Origin: Polyangiales bacterium
GTDB taxonomy: Bacteria > Myxococcota_A > Polyangia > Polyangiales > Polyangiaceae
DNA: 64,000 bases
Direction: 5' to 3'
NCBI GenBank assembly: GCA_038231275.1
Contig: JBBRLQ010000035.1
Location: 9,059 to 73,058, forward strand
Shown piece after piece: positions 1 to 9,261 of this stretch. The translations under genes were made by a program, and so were the position numbers. The notes below the pieces were generated by a model that was given only the letters and a program-made list of their open reading frames with translations, did no database searches and was not told the origin of the DNA. Each line of letters begins with the position of its first letter. The first letter of the stretch is position 1.

Positions 1-1
1 T

Positions 2-1219
2 CCGTTCCCGTCGATGGTCCGCGCCGGGTACCCGCCGGAGCTCGAGCTCATCGTGATGAAGGCGCTCGCGAAGGACCGCGACGCGCGCTACCAGAGCGCG
101 CGCGAGATGCAGGCGGCGCTCGAGGACTTCGCACGAAGCGCGCGCGTGGCGACGAGCACCATCGCGCTCTCGTCGTTCATGCAGTCGTTGTTCGAGGACA
201 AGCTCCAGACCCAGAAAGAAGCGCTCCTCCAGGGCAAGCAGCTCGCCGACATCATCGCGCTCCAGCACGACGCGGACTCCGGCGAGGTCGACGGCGGGCG
301 GCCGTCGTCGACGATGAGCACGCCCGCGGCGGCGCACACGATCACCAACGCCGGCAGGCACCGCGGGAGCAGCGTTGGGCTCGTCGTCGGCCTGGTCGCC
401 GCGTTCGCGCTCCTCGCGGGGGCCGGCGGCATCTTCTGGTTCATGAAACACCGCGGCGCGGACATTGCGCAGGCGACGACGAATCCGCCGCCCCAGGACA
501 AGAAGGGGACGATCGAGGTCACGAGCGAACCGCCCGGCGCGTCGATCTGGATCAACGGGGACCTGCGCCCCGAGGTGACGCCCGCAGTGATCGCGCAGCT
601 CCCCCTCGGCAGCGCGCTCGACGTCAAGCTCACGCGCGACGGCTTCGAGCAAGCGAAGGAGACGGTCACGCTCACCGCGGCCGCGCCCGACGGCAAGGTG
701 AAGACGACGATGCGGCGCGGCACCGTCTCGCTCTCGGTCGACGCGAAACCCGCGGGCGTTCCGATGACGATGCTCGTCGACGGAAAAGCGGTGACCGGCC
801 TCGACGCCGACGGCCTCACGAGCGGCATGCAGCACCGCGTCGTCGTGGGAGCGCCCGGGTACGCCGAGCAGGTGCTGACGTTCATGGGCGAGCCGATGGA
901 GAGGAAGCACTTCGACGTCACGCTCGAGCGCGCGCGCCGCGGTGGAAAACCCACGACCACCGGAACGCCCTTCGCGCCGCCCCCGGGTCCCGCGCCCGCG
1001 CCCGTCGCCGTGGGGAACGGCAAGCTCAACGTCGGCGCGAGCGGCGGCTGGTGCAACGTCTCCGTCGACGGTGCGCCGCGCGGCGCCACACCGGTCGCGG
1101 GCCTCGATCTCCCGGCGGGACCGCATCGCGTGTCGTGTGTGACGAGCGACGGTAAGACGCAGACGGCGACGATCACCGTCACCGCGGACGCGACCGCCCG
1201 CTACAAGTTCGCGCTCTAG
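2..1219 (+). CDS. C-terminal part of a membrane Ser/Thr protein kinase with PEGA domains (5' truncated by window edge)
   Basis: Frame open from base 2; kinase tail 'LELIVMKALAKDRDARYQSA', TM helix (VGLVVGLVAAFALLAG), PEGA motif 'IEVTSEPPGASIWING'. Confidence 0.8.
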   Translation, partial: PFPSMVRAGYPPELELIVMKALAKDRDARYQSAREMQAALEDFARSARVATSTIALSSFMQSLFEDKLQTQKEALLQGKQLADIIALQHDADSGEVDGGRPSSTMSTPAAAHTITNAGRHRGSSVGLVVGLVAAFALLAGAGGIFWFMKHRGADIAQATTNPPPQDKKGTIEVTSEPPGASIWINGDLRPEVTPAVIAQLPLGSALDVKLTRDGFEQAKETVTLTAAAPDGKVKTTMRRGTVSLSVDAKPAGVPMTMLVDGKAVTGLDADGLTSGMQHRVVVGAPGYAEQVLTFMGEPMERKHFDVTLERARRGGKPTTTGTPFAPPPGPAPAPVAVGNGKLNVGASGGWCNVSVDGAPRGATPVAGLDLPAGPHRVSCVTSDGKTQTATITVTADATARYKFAL

Positions 1220-1318
1220 CCTGCGTGTGGGTCGCTCCAGTCCGTCGCGGCTCCGAGCTCTGCCTTTGGCGTCGCATGTCTTGCGTGCGCAACACGCCTG
1301 CCATATGACCAGCCGACC

Positions 1319-1816
1319 ATGAAACTGCTCGCCCACTCTCCTCTCGTCGTCCTCTTGACCCTCCCGCTGCTCGCCTGCAGCTCGTCGTCGTCCACCAGCA
1401 GCAGCTCCAGCTCGAGCAGCTCCGGTACGTCTGGCAGCTCGGGGACCTCCGGCAGCTCCGGCACCTCCGGCAGCTCGGGCGGCACGGACTCCGGCGCTGG
1501 CGTTCCGGCCATCGTCGAAGGCTGCGCGACCGCCGACTTCGTCGACGACACCGCGAGCGCCACCGTCGCCGTGACGCCGTGGGACACGACGCTCGGCAAG
1601 AAGTGCATCAAGATCAAGGCAGGCACCACGGTGACGTGGGCGGCGAGCGCGACGCATCCTCTCGTCGCCACAGCCGGCGGCACGACGCCGAACCCGATCC
1701 CTTCCACTGCGGCCGCGACGGCGCAGTCGATCGCGTTCCCCAACGCAGGCGTCTACGGGTACCAGTGCGCCGTGCACCTCAGCCTGATGCACGGCGCGAT
1801 CTGGGTCGTGCCCTGA
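1319..1816 (+). CDS. Plastocyanin/cupredoxin-like lipoprotein (type-1 copper site)
   Basis: Lipobox LLAC, Ser/Gly linker, His (THPL) and 'YGYQCAVHLSLMHGAI' = C-x2-H-x3-M ligand loop. Confidence 0.8.
   Translation: MKLLAHSPLVVLLTLPLLACSSSSSTSSSSSSSSSGTSGSSGTSGSSGTSGSSGGTDSGAGVPAIVEGCATADFVDDTASATVAVTPWDTTLGKKCIKIKAGTTVTWAASATHPLVATAGGTTPNPIPSTAAATAQSIAFPNAGVYGYQCAVHLSLMHGAIWVVP
1421..1480 (+). repeat. Degenerate 18-bp coding repeat (SGTSGS)x3
   Basis: tccggtacgtctggcagc / tcggggacctccggcagc / tccggcacctccggcagc. Confidence 0.7.
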
Positions 1817-1834
1817 GTCGGAACGCGCGCCGCG

Positions 1835-3271
1835 CTACTGCAGCGTGAGCTTTCCGACGCGGCTGAAGCCGTACACGAAGTAGACCTCGCCGTCGTTGCC
1901 CTGGACGATGGCGGTGATCTGTCCGAGGTTGCCGGGCGCGGTGATGTCGGCGAGCGGCTTCGCCACCGGTCCGTAGAACTGACCCTGGCATCGCTTCAGC
2001 GCGCCGAGCTCGGCGCCTTGGTTGTCGCTGAAAAGGTACACGCCGGCGAGCGCCGGGATGCTGATGCCGCGGTACACCGTTCCGCCCTGAATCGCGCGGA
2101 AGTCGGGGAAGAGGCCGCCGTTGCGATCGACCGAGAGGATCGGCGGAGTGTGCGGCGACGGACCGCCGAGCGGTTTGCTCCCGCATGTGCCTTGCTGGGT
2201 CCCCTCGAACGCCGGCCATCCGAAGTTCGCGCCCTTAGTGCCCGCGGGGAGGAAATCGATCTCCTCGTGCGTGTCTTGTCCGACGTCGCCGAGATAGAAA
2301 TCGCCGTTCAGCGGATCGAAGCTGTAGCGGAACGGGTTGCGCAGGCCGTAGTGCAAGACGCGCGCGTCGTTCGCGAACGGATTTCCCGCCGCAGCAAACG
2401 GCGCGGCTACGTTGATGTCGAGGCGCAGCACCTTGCCGTTCACCTTCGTGATGTCCTGCACCACCCCGGGCAGCGAGCTCTCGCATCCGCCGCCGCCATC
2501 GCCAGTGGCCACGTAGAGGAACTTGTCGGGCCCGAACATGATCGTGCCGCCGTTGTGGTTGGGTTGGGACGGCGGCATGACGACGATGTCCTGAACCTTG
2601 GTGGGATCGGCGACGTCGGCGTTGGCCGCGGAGCGCTTGAACTCGACGACCGCGTCGGTCCCGGCGGCGGAGTACGAGCCGTCCGCACCGTCGGCGGGGC
2701 TTCCCATGACGAAAAAGCGTCCGTTGGTCGCATAGTCGGGATGGAACGCGATGCTGAGCAGACCGCGCTCGCCGGGGTTATTTCCGATTCCGGCGGAGAT
2801 GTCGAGGAACGGGGTCGCGAGGACGGCGCCGGCTCGGACGATGCGAACCACGCCGGTCTGCGAGACGACGTACCAATCCGTCGACCCCGGGGGCTGAGAC
2901 GCATACAGCGCGCTGCCGATGGTAGACGCCGTGATCGGCACGACCTTGAGCGCCGGGAAGACCGGCGGCGTCGCCGTGCAAGGGACGTTCACGTCGGCGC
3001 CCGTGTCCTTCGGGCCGCTGTCGCCGCTGCTGCCGCTCGCGCCACTCGTGCCGCTGGCTCCGCTCGTGCCGCTGGTTCCACTCGAACCGCTGGTCCCGCT
3101 GGTCCCGCTCGAGGCTCCACTCGTGCCGCTGGTTCCGCTCGAGGAGGTCGCGTCGGTGCCGCCGTCGTCCGGCGTCACGCCCGCGGAGTCGGAGCCACCG
3201 CACGAGAAGACCGACGTTCCGCCAGCGACCGCGAGGACTGCGAGGAAGGCACGGGTTTGGGTTCGGTTCAT
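1835..3271 (-). CDS. PQQ-dependent glucose/sorbosone dehydrogenase family lipoprotein
   Basis: Motifs GERGLLSIAFHPDY, NHNGG, FGPDKFLY, GDGG, GLRNPFR, EEID, NFGWP; signal peptide with FSC and SGTSG linker. Confidence 0.9.
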   Translation of the reverse strand: MNRTQTRAFLAVLAVAGGTSVFSCGGSDSAGVTPDDGGTDATSSSGTSGTSGASSGTSGTSGSSGTSGTSGASGTSGASGSSGDSGPKDTGADVNVPCTATPPVFPALKVVPITASTIGSALYASQPPGSTDWYVVSQTGVVRIVRAGAVLATPFLDISAGIGNNPGERGLLSIAFHPDYATNGRFFVMGSPADGADGSYSAAGTDAVVEFKRSAANADVADPTKVQDIVVMPPSQPNHNGGTIMFGPDKFLYVATGDGGGGCESSLPGVVQDITKVNGKVLRLDINVAAPFAAAGNPFANDARVLHYGLRNPFRYSFDPLNGDFYLGDVGQDTHEEIDFLPAGTKGANFGWPAFEGTQQGTCGSKPLGGPSPHTPPILSVDRNGGLFPDFRAIQGGTVYRGISIPALAGVYLFSDNQGAELGALKRCQGQFYGPVAKPLADITAPGNLGQITAIVQGNDGEVYFVYGFSRVGKLTLQ

Positions 3272-3305
3272 GGCCTAACAGCCTAGCAGCCACGGACCAG
3301 GTGTT

Positions 3306-5078
3306 CTACCGCGCCCGTTTTTTCAAGCGCACACGGAGACCCACAGGCGTCAGCGTGAAGGCCATGAGCTCTTTCACGTCCTGCGACCGACCGACGCGCT
3401 CGACGTCGAAGCTCTTCGCGAGCATCGCGAGGACCACGCGCATCTCGACGAGCGCGAGGGTGCGGCCGGGACAGATGCGGGGGCCCGAGCCGAAAGGCAC
3501 GTGCGAGGCGACGTCGTGGGGCTTGCCGCTGGAGCCGGCGTCGATCCACCGCTCCGGCAAGAAGGAGAGCGGCTCGTGGAAGCGCGAGGGATCGCGCGTG
3601 GGGAAGCGCGCGAGGGCGACGATGCCCGTGCCGCGCGGGATGGCCACGTCGCCCACGACGACGTCCTCGTTCGGCTCGAAGAAGAAGTGCGGCGCGACGG
3701 GGCGTAGGCGCATCGCCTCGTTGGCGACGGCAGTGGCGTACGGGAAGCGATTGGCTGTGTCGAGATCGGCGGCGACCGTCGACGTGCCAAGGACGTCGTC
3801 GGCCTCTCGGCGCAGAGCGTTCCATGCGTCGGGCGCGTCGCACAGGTGATGCACGGCCCACGCGAGCGTGTAGGCGGTCGTGTCTTCCCCCGCGAGGAGC
3901 ATCGTGAGGGCGTTGCCGAAGATCACGTCGTCGGCGAATGGGCTGCCGTTGGCGTCCTTCGCAGCGAGCATCGCCTCGATGAAGTTCGCGGGATGGGCGG
4001 CTCGTGACGGATCGTCGGCGAGCTTCTTCTTGGCCGCGAGCACGACGCCGGTGAGCCACGCGTGAAGCGCCTCGAGCGCGCGATCGAGCTTGCGATCCTG
4101 GGGCAGGCGGAAGTAGCGCCAGTACGGCATCGGCGAGTTGAGGCGACGATGAAAGGCGGGGAAAACATGCTCGAGGTGACGCTGGATGACGTCGTCGTCC
4201 TTGCCCTCGAGCGTGTCGAGGTCGTGGCCGAAGACGAGGAGCGTCGTCACGTCGACGGTGAAGCGCTTCAGCTCCTCGGCGAGATCGAGCACGCGCCCGC
4301 TCTGGGCCGCCGCGGTCCACCGACGGTGGAGCCTTTGCGCGATGCTCTCGAGCGTCGGGTAGAAACCGCGGAGGTGGCGCTGCGAGAGCGCCTCCATGGC
4401 GAGGCGACGCTGCGATCGCCACGCGTCGCCCTCGGCGGAGAAGACACCGCTCGCATACATCTCGGCGAAGATCGCCTCGACCGGCGACATGCGGCGGAAC
4501 GTGTCCGGCCGTCCGCGGAACATCGGCTCGGCGAGCTTGGGATCCGACGTGACGACCACCGGTCGGCGGCCGAGGGAGATGCGCAGCATCGGGCCGTACT
4601 GGGCGGCCCACTCCTCGAAGACCTCGTGGATGCGGTCGGCGTCGACGGAGAGAAAGTTTCCGATGAAGGGGAGACCCGGCGGGCCCGGCAAGTCGGCGAT
4701 GGTGCGCGTCGCCTTCGGCTTCGCCTGCGTGCGCGCGATGGCGAGCGGCGCGACGTCGACCAGGAGCTCGCCGCCCTCTTCGCGAACGGGGCACGCGCGG
4801 AGGCACTCGGCGCCTCCTTTGCGGCGGCCGGTCTCCGCGTCGAAGCGCCAGCGGTGGTTCTTGCAGACGAGATCGCCGCCGTCGAGCTCCCCTTCCCCGA
4901 GGAGCGCACCCTGATGCGGGCAGCGACCCTCGAAGACGCGCGGGCCGGACTTCGTGCGGACGAGGACGAGGTCGACGCCGCCCGCGGAGATCGCGTGCGG
5001 CCCGTCCCCTGTGAGCTCGCTCGCGCGCGCGACCCTTCGAAAATCGTCCTTTGCGCCACCTCCGTCCCCGCTCGCCAT
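3306..5078 (-). CDS. Rieske [2Fe-2S] domain-cytochrome P450 fusion
   Basis: N-terminal CPH-x16-CKNH Rieske ligands; P450 motifs LPGP, LLAGEDTT (I-helix), EAMR (ExxR), PERW, FGSGPRICPG (heme Cys). Confidence 0.9.
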   Translation of the reverse strand: MASGDGGGAKDDFRRVARASELTGDGPHAISAGGVDLVLVRTKSGPRVFEGRCPHQGALLGEGELDGGDLVCKNHRWRFDAETGRRKGGAECLRACPVREEGGELLVDVAPLAIARTQAKPKATRTIADLPGPPGLPFIGNFLSVDADRIHEVFEEWAAQYGPMLRISLGRRPVVVTSDPKLAEPMFRGRPDTFRRMSPVEAIFAEMYASGVFSAEGDAWRSQRRLAMEALSQRHLRGFYPTLESIAQRLHRRWTAAAQSGRVLDLAEELKRFTVDVTTLLVFGHDLDTLEGKDDDVIQRHLEHVFPAFHRRLNSPMPYWRYFRLPQDRKLDRALEALHAWLTGVVLAAKKKLADDPSRAAHPANFIEAMLAAKDANGSPFADDVIFGNALTMLLAGEDTTAYTLAWAVHHLCDAPDAWNALRREADDVLGTSTVAADLDTANRFPYATAVANEAMRLRPVAPHFFFEPNEDVVVGDVAIPRGTGIVALARFPTRDPSRFHEPLSFLPERWIDAGSSGKPHDVASHVPFGSGPRICPGRTLALVEMRVVLAMLAKSFDVERVGRSQDVKELMAFTLTPVGLRVRLKKRAR

Positions 5079-5124
5079 GGCGGGGATGCTACGCCGCGCG
5101 CCGCCGCCCGACTACACTGGCCCC

Positions 5125-6765
5125 ATGCGGAAGCTCCTGCCGACCCTCGCCGTCGCGGCCGCGGTCGCGTGCTCCTCGACGAAGAGCGCACCCGTGACTG
5201 CCGCGCCGCCGACGAAGCCGACCGCGGCGCAGCAAGCGCGCGCCGACCAGCTCCTCACGGGTCCCGACTGGTACCGCCACGCCGTCGTCTACGAGGCGAA
5301 CGTCCGCTCGATGGCCGACAGCAACGGTGACGGCATCGGCGATCTCGCCGGGCTCACCGGCAAGCTCGACTACCTGAAGGGGCTCGGCGTCGACGCGATC
5401 TGGCTCATGCCGATCATGCCGAGCCCGTTCAAGGACTCCGGCTACGACGTCGCCGACTACCGCGGCATTGATCCCGCGTACGGCGACATGGCCGCCTTCG
5501 ACGCGTTCCTCGCGGCCGCTCACTCGCGAAAGATCCGCGTGCTCCTCGATCTCGTCTTGAACCACACCTCGAGCGAGCACGCGTGGTTCAAGGACTCGCG
5601 CTCGAGCAAGACCAGCGCGAAGGCCGACTGGTACGTGTGGTCCGACACGCCGTCGCGCGCCGACATCGGGTGCGGGACGTACGGCCCGCAGTTCGGCGAC
5701 GTCGCGTGGACGCTCGAGCCGGCGCGGAGCCAGTACTACTTCCACCGCTTCTACGCGCAGCAGCCCGATCTCAACTACCGCAACCCAGAGGTCGTGAAGG
5801 AGACGCTCGACACGGCGAGGTTCTGGCTCGACAAGGGCGTCGACGGCTTCCGGTGCGACGTCATCGGCCTCCTCTTCGAGAGCGCGAAGGGATGTGACCT
5901 CATCCCCGAGACACTCGACTACATCCGCCAGCTCCGCGCAGTCCTCGACGGCTACCCCGATCGCGCGATGGTTGCCGAGTCCAAGATCACCAGCGTCGCG
6001 CCGTACTTCGGCAGCGGGAAGGACATGTTCCACATGGCCTTCGATTTTCCGTACGGCTACTTCTGGGGGCTCGCGTTCAACGCAGGGAACCGAAAGATCG
6101 CGTTCGACGCCCTCTCGACCTCGGCGACGGGGTTTCCGCCGGGCGCGCAGGACGCGTCGCTCATCGGGTCGCACGACGTGCAGCGCGCGTGGACGATCGC
6201 GCAGGGCCTTTCGTGGCGGCACCGCCGCGCCGCAGAGATTTCGATGCTCACCAAGGCGACGCCGTTCGTCTACTACGGAGAGGAGCTTGGCCTCCGCGCG
6301 GGCCGCGGCGTGGTCGTCGACACGCGAGACTCCGCGCGAACGCCGATGGGTTGGACGCGCGCGGCGGGGCATGGCTTCACCACGTCCGCCACGCCGTGGC
6401 TCGAGTTCGGCGAGGCGATCGACGACACGAACGTCGAGGCCGAGGACGGCGATCCCGCGTCGATGCTCACGTTCTACCGCCAGCTCCTCGCGTTCCGGCG
6501 CGGGCACGCGGTCTGGGGGACCGGTGACATGGTGATGCTCGACGTCGACAACCCGTCGATCCTCGCGTTCGTGAGGAAGAACGACGAAGAAGCATTCTTG
6601 GTCATCGAGACCTTCGCGGAGGACGATCAGGAAGGGAGCGTGGCGACCGGTGAAGTGACGACGGCCGGGACCATCGTGCGGGGTGACGCGAGCGTGCGAC
6701 TCGACGGAGGAACGTTGCGCCTCAAGGTACCGGGCGGCGGCTCGGCGATCGCGCGGCTTCGGTAA
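5125..6765 (+). CDS. GH13 alpha-amylase/alpha-glucosidase family lipoprotein
   Basis: DSNGDGIGDL, GYDVADY, DLVLNH, QPDLN, GFRCD (nucleophile), VAE (acid/base), SHD; start moved to ATG 5125 (MRKLL...AVAC lipobox). Confidence 0.9.
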   Translation: MRKLLPTLAVAAAVACSSTKSAPVTAAPPTKPTAAQQARADQLLTGPDWYRHAVVYEANVRSMADSNGDGIGDLAGLTGKLDYLKGLGVDAIWLMPIMPSPFKDSGYDVADYRGIDPAYGDMAAFDAFLAAAHSRKIRVLLDLVLNHTSSEHAWFKDSRSSKTSAKADWYVWSDTPSRADIGCGTYGPQFGDVAWTLEPARSQYYFHRFYAQQPDLNYRNPEVVKETLDTARFWLDKGVDGFRCDVIGLLFESAKGCDLIPETLDYIRQLRAVLDGYPDRAMVAESKITSVAPYFGSGKDMFHMAFDFPYGYFWGLAFNAGNRKIAFDALSTSATGFPPGAQDASLIGSHDVQRAWTIAQGLSWRHRRAAEISMLTKATPFVYYGEELGLRAGRGVVVDTRDSARTPMGWTRAAGHGFTTSATPWLEFGEAIDDTNVEAEDGDPASMLTFYRQLLAFRRGHAVWGTGDMVMLDVDNPSILAFVRKNDEEAFLVIETFAEDDQEGSVATGEVTTAGTIVRGDASVRLDGGTLRLKVPGGGSAIARLR

Positions 6766-6773
6766 CCGACGGC

Positions 6774-7700
6774 TCAGAACGTCAGCGCGACGCTCGCGCC
6801 GGTCGGAGCGAGGCGCAGGACGGCGGTCGTCCTCGAACGATCGCGGCCGTCGGCGACGAAGAGGATCGCGGCGGTCACTCCCAACGCGGCGGCGCTGCCC
6901 CACAGCGCATACGTCCAGGTTCTCCAGCGCTGGGCGTCGTCGCGGGTCGATCCGTCATGACTGCCGCTCGACTCGAAGGAAGACCGCGCGTTCGCGAAGC
7001 GCGAGTAGGTGTAGGCGCCCGCCACGCCGAGCGCGCCGGCGCCTGCGAGCGAGGCCCACGCGAAGACCGGCGTGGCACGCTCGGGCGGGGGCAGCGGCGC
7101 GGCCTTCGGCGGAGCGGGCGAGGGCTTTGGCGGCGGCGCGCTCGGAGGGGGCGGAGTGTCCTCGAGCGCGAGCTCGACGCGCTCGCCCGCGCGGGCCAAG
7201 GTGAGCGTGCGCGCGACCTCGCTGCCGTCGCGTCGCCGAACGCGGATCTCGTGGGCGCCAGGCGCGAGGTGGACCGTCGTCGGGATCGCGCCGCGCTCGG
7301 CGCCGCGTACGAAGACGACGCCGCCCGCCGGGGCGACCACGTCCACCCGGGCGAACAGCTCGCGGTGCGTCTCGAGGCGCGCGCGCGCGTACGCCGTATC
7401 CTCCGGTCCGAGCTCACCCTCGAGCGCGCGCGCGAACGCGTCGGCACCGAGCTCGGGCTCGCCGGCGGCCTCCCAGGCGCGACCAGCGTTGTACGCCGCC
7501 GCCGCGCGCGGTGCCCGACGGTAGGCCTCGAGGAACGCGAGCGCAGCGGCGCGGTACTCCTTGCGCTCGTAGGCCGCGCGGCCGGCCCGAAAAAATTGGG
7601 CCGCATCGACCGCAGGCTCGTCGGCGCGGGCGGCGGCCGAATCCAGCGTCCCGCCCAGCGCGAGCGAGATCACGACGACGAGGCGCCCGAAGCTCCTCAT
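6774..7700 (-). CDS. Exported TPR + PEGA-like protein
   Basis: Signal peptide, TPR-like 'FRAGRAAYERKEYRAAALAFLEAY', PEGA-like 'LAPGAHEI', Pro-rich linker, C-terminal hydrophobic hairpin ending in F; overlaps kinase stop. Confidence 0.7.
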   Translation of the reverse strand: MRSFGRLVVVISLALGGTLDSAAARADEPAVDAAQFFRAGRAAYERKEYRAAALAFLEAYRRAPRAAAAYNAGRAWEAAGEPELGADAFARALEGELGPEDTAYARARLETHRELFARVDVVAPAGGVVFVRGAERGAIPTTVHLAPGAHEIRVRRRDGSEVARTLTLARAGERVELALEDTPPPPSAPPPKPSPAPPKAAPLPPPERATPVFAWASLAGAGALGVAGAYTYSRFANARSSFESSGSHDGSTRDDAQRWRTWTYALWGSAAALGVTAAILFVADGRDRSRTTAVLRLAPTGASVALTF

Positions 7701-9211
7701 TCGTATGGGCTCGCAGCGAGGGGGCGATCGCCCGACCCCTTCGGCGGCGAAGGCGTGGCAACGCGTGGCCGGCCGCGCGCGCCCGCCGCACGACCTCCGC
7801 GTCCGGACGGCTCTGCCGACGCGCTCGCTTGCGGTGTCGCCGCGAGGTCGCTCGAGGCGCTCGACGTGCCGGGAGCGATCGCTGCGAGCGGGGGTTCGTC
7901 GGAGGGCGACCCCGCCGTCGCCGTGGCAGGCGCGACCAACGCCGCGGGCGCGGGCAGCGCAGCGGCCGAAGGAGTCACCCGCGCGCCTCCACGAAGGACG
8001 AGCGCGGCGGTCAAGGAAGCGCCGATCAGCCCCGCCGCGAGCAGCGCGGCCGCGCGACGCACACGCGATGGAGCGGGCGCGGCGACCACGCGCGGCTCGA
8101 GCAACGGAAGTGCATCGAGGGCCTCCGCCGGCGGCGCACCGGGCTCGGTCGCGAGCTCCGGCGGCGACGACACATCCTCGCGCGGCGCCTGCGCGCGCGA
8201 CGAGGGCGCCAGGCGATCGAGCTCGGCGACCTGCGCGCGTCGCGTCGCCAGCTCACCGCCGACGACCATGTCCACGAAGTCCGCGACGATCGCCGGATCC
8301 GCGAGCGGCACGCCGCAGGTCGCGATCAGTCGCTCGCAAAATGCCGCCGCGGTCGGCCAGCGGCGCGTGCGATCGAGCAGGAGCGCGCTGGCCACCGTCT
8401 CGTCGAGCGCGGCGGGGATGTCCAGCCGAACGTCGCGCAAGCGATCGGGCGCGCGCGTCGCCGCCGACAGGAGCATGGCGACCGGATCGATGCCGGCCTT
8501 GTGGAGCCTCCGCCCCGCGAGCAACTCCCACGCGACGACGCCCGCCGCCCACACGTCACTGCGCCGATCGAGCGGCTCGCCGCGAACCTGCTCGGGCGGC
8601 ATGTACCCCGCCTTGCCCTTCACGATCCCGGTCGTCGTTACGCTGACGCGGATCGCGGCCTTCGCGACGCCGAAGTCCGTGAGCCGCGCGACGCCGTCGA
8701 GCCCCACGAGCACGTTGTGCGGCGTGAAGTCTCTGTGAACGAGGCCGACGAGCTGCCCCCCGTCGTCGCGAAGCTCGTGCGCCGCGTGGAGCCCCGCGAG
8801 GGCATCGCACAAGACGCGCAGCGCGACGTCGATGGGGACGCGCTCCTTCGTGCGTTGCGCGTGGCGCATGAGGGCCGCGAGCGTGCTCCCTTCGACGTAC
8901 TCCATGACGAGGAAGACGCCCGCCGCGTCGTCCTCCACGTCCAGAACCTGCACGACGTTCGGGTGGCGGATCCGTGCGGCGAGCTTCGCCTCCTCGACGA
9001 GATCTTCGGCCCAGCCAGGCTCGTTCCGGAGGTGGGCGTGGGTCAGCTTGAGGGCGACCATTCGCTCGAACCCGCCGGCGCCGCGCTTGCGGGCGAGGAA
9101 CACGGTCGCCATCCCACCGCTCGCGATCGGCAGGAGGAGCTTGTACGGTCCAACCCGATCGGGCGGAGCCGCGTCGCCCGCGAGCAAAGGGCGAAGGTTG
9201 GCGGGAACCAC
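7697..9211 (-). CDS. Membrane Ser/Thr protein kinase
   Basis: IASGGMATV, VALK, HRDFTPHN, DFG, GKAGYMPPE, DVWAAG, TM segment; start approximate (GTG 9211). Confidence 0.9.
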   Translation of the reverse strand: MVPANLRPLLAGDAAPPDRVGPYKLLLPIASGGMATVFLARKRGAGGFERMVALKLTHAHLRNEPGWAEDLVEEAKLAARIRHPNVVQVLDVEDDAAGVFLVMEYVEGSTLAALMRHAQRTKERVPIDVALRVLCDALAGLHAAHELRDDGGQLVGLVHRDFTPHNVLVGLDGVARLTDFGVAKAAIRVSVTTTGIVKGKAGYMPPEQVRGEPLDRRSDVWAAGVVAWELLAGRRLHKAGIDPVAMLLSAATRAPDRLRDVRLDIPAALDETVASALLLDRTRRWPTAAAFCERLIATCGVPLADPAIVADFVDMVVGGELATRRAQVAELDRLAPSSRAQAPREDVSSPPELATEPGAPPAEALDALPLLEPRVVAAPAPSRVRRAAALLAAGLIGASLTAALVLRGGARVTPSAAALPAPAALVAPATATAGSPSDEPPLAAIAPGTSSASSDLAATPQASASAEPSGRGGRAAGARGRPRVATPSPPKGSGDRPLAASPYE

Positions 9212-9261
9212 GTGCGTGAATTGTGGCACGCGCACCTCTGGGGCACAATGTGACGGGTCCG

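Noticed and set aside
8700..8745. HRDFTPHN as a pseudokinase sign
   Set aside because: HRD, Asn, DFG and VALK are intact; loss of this Lys is common in myxobacterial kinases
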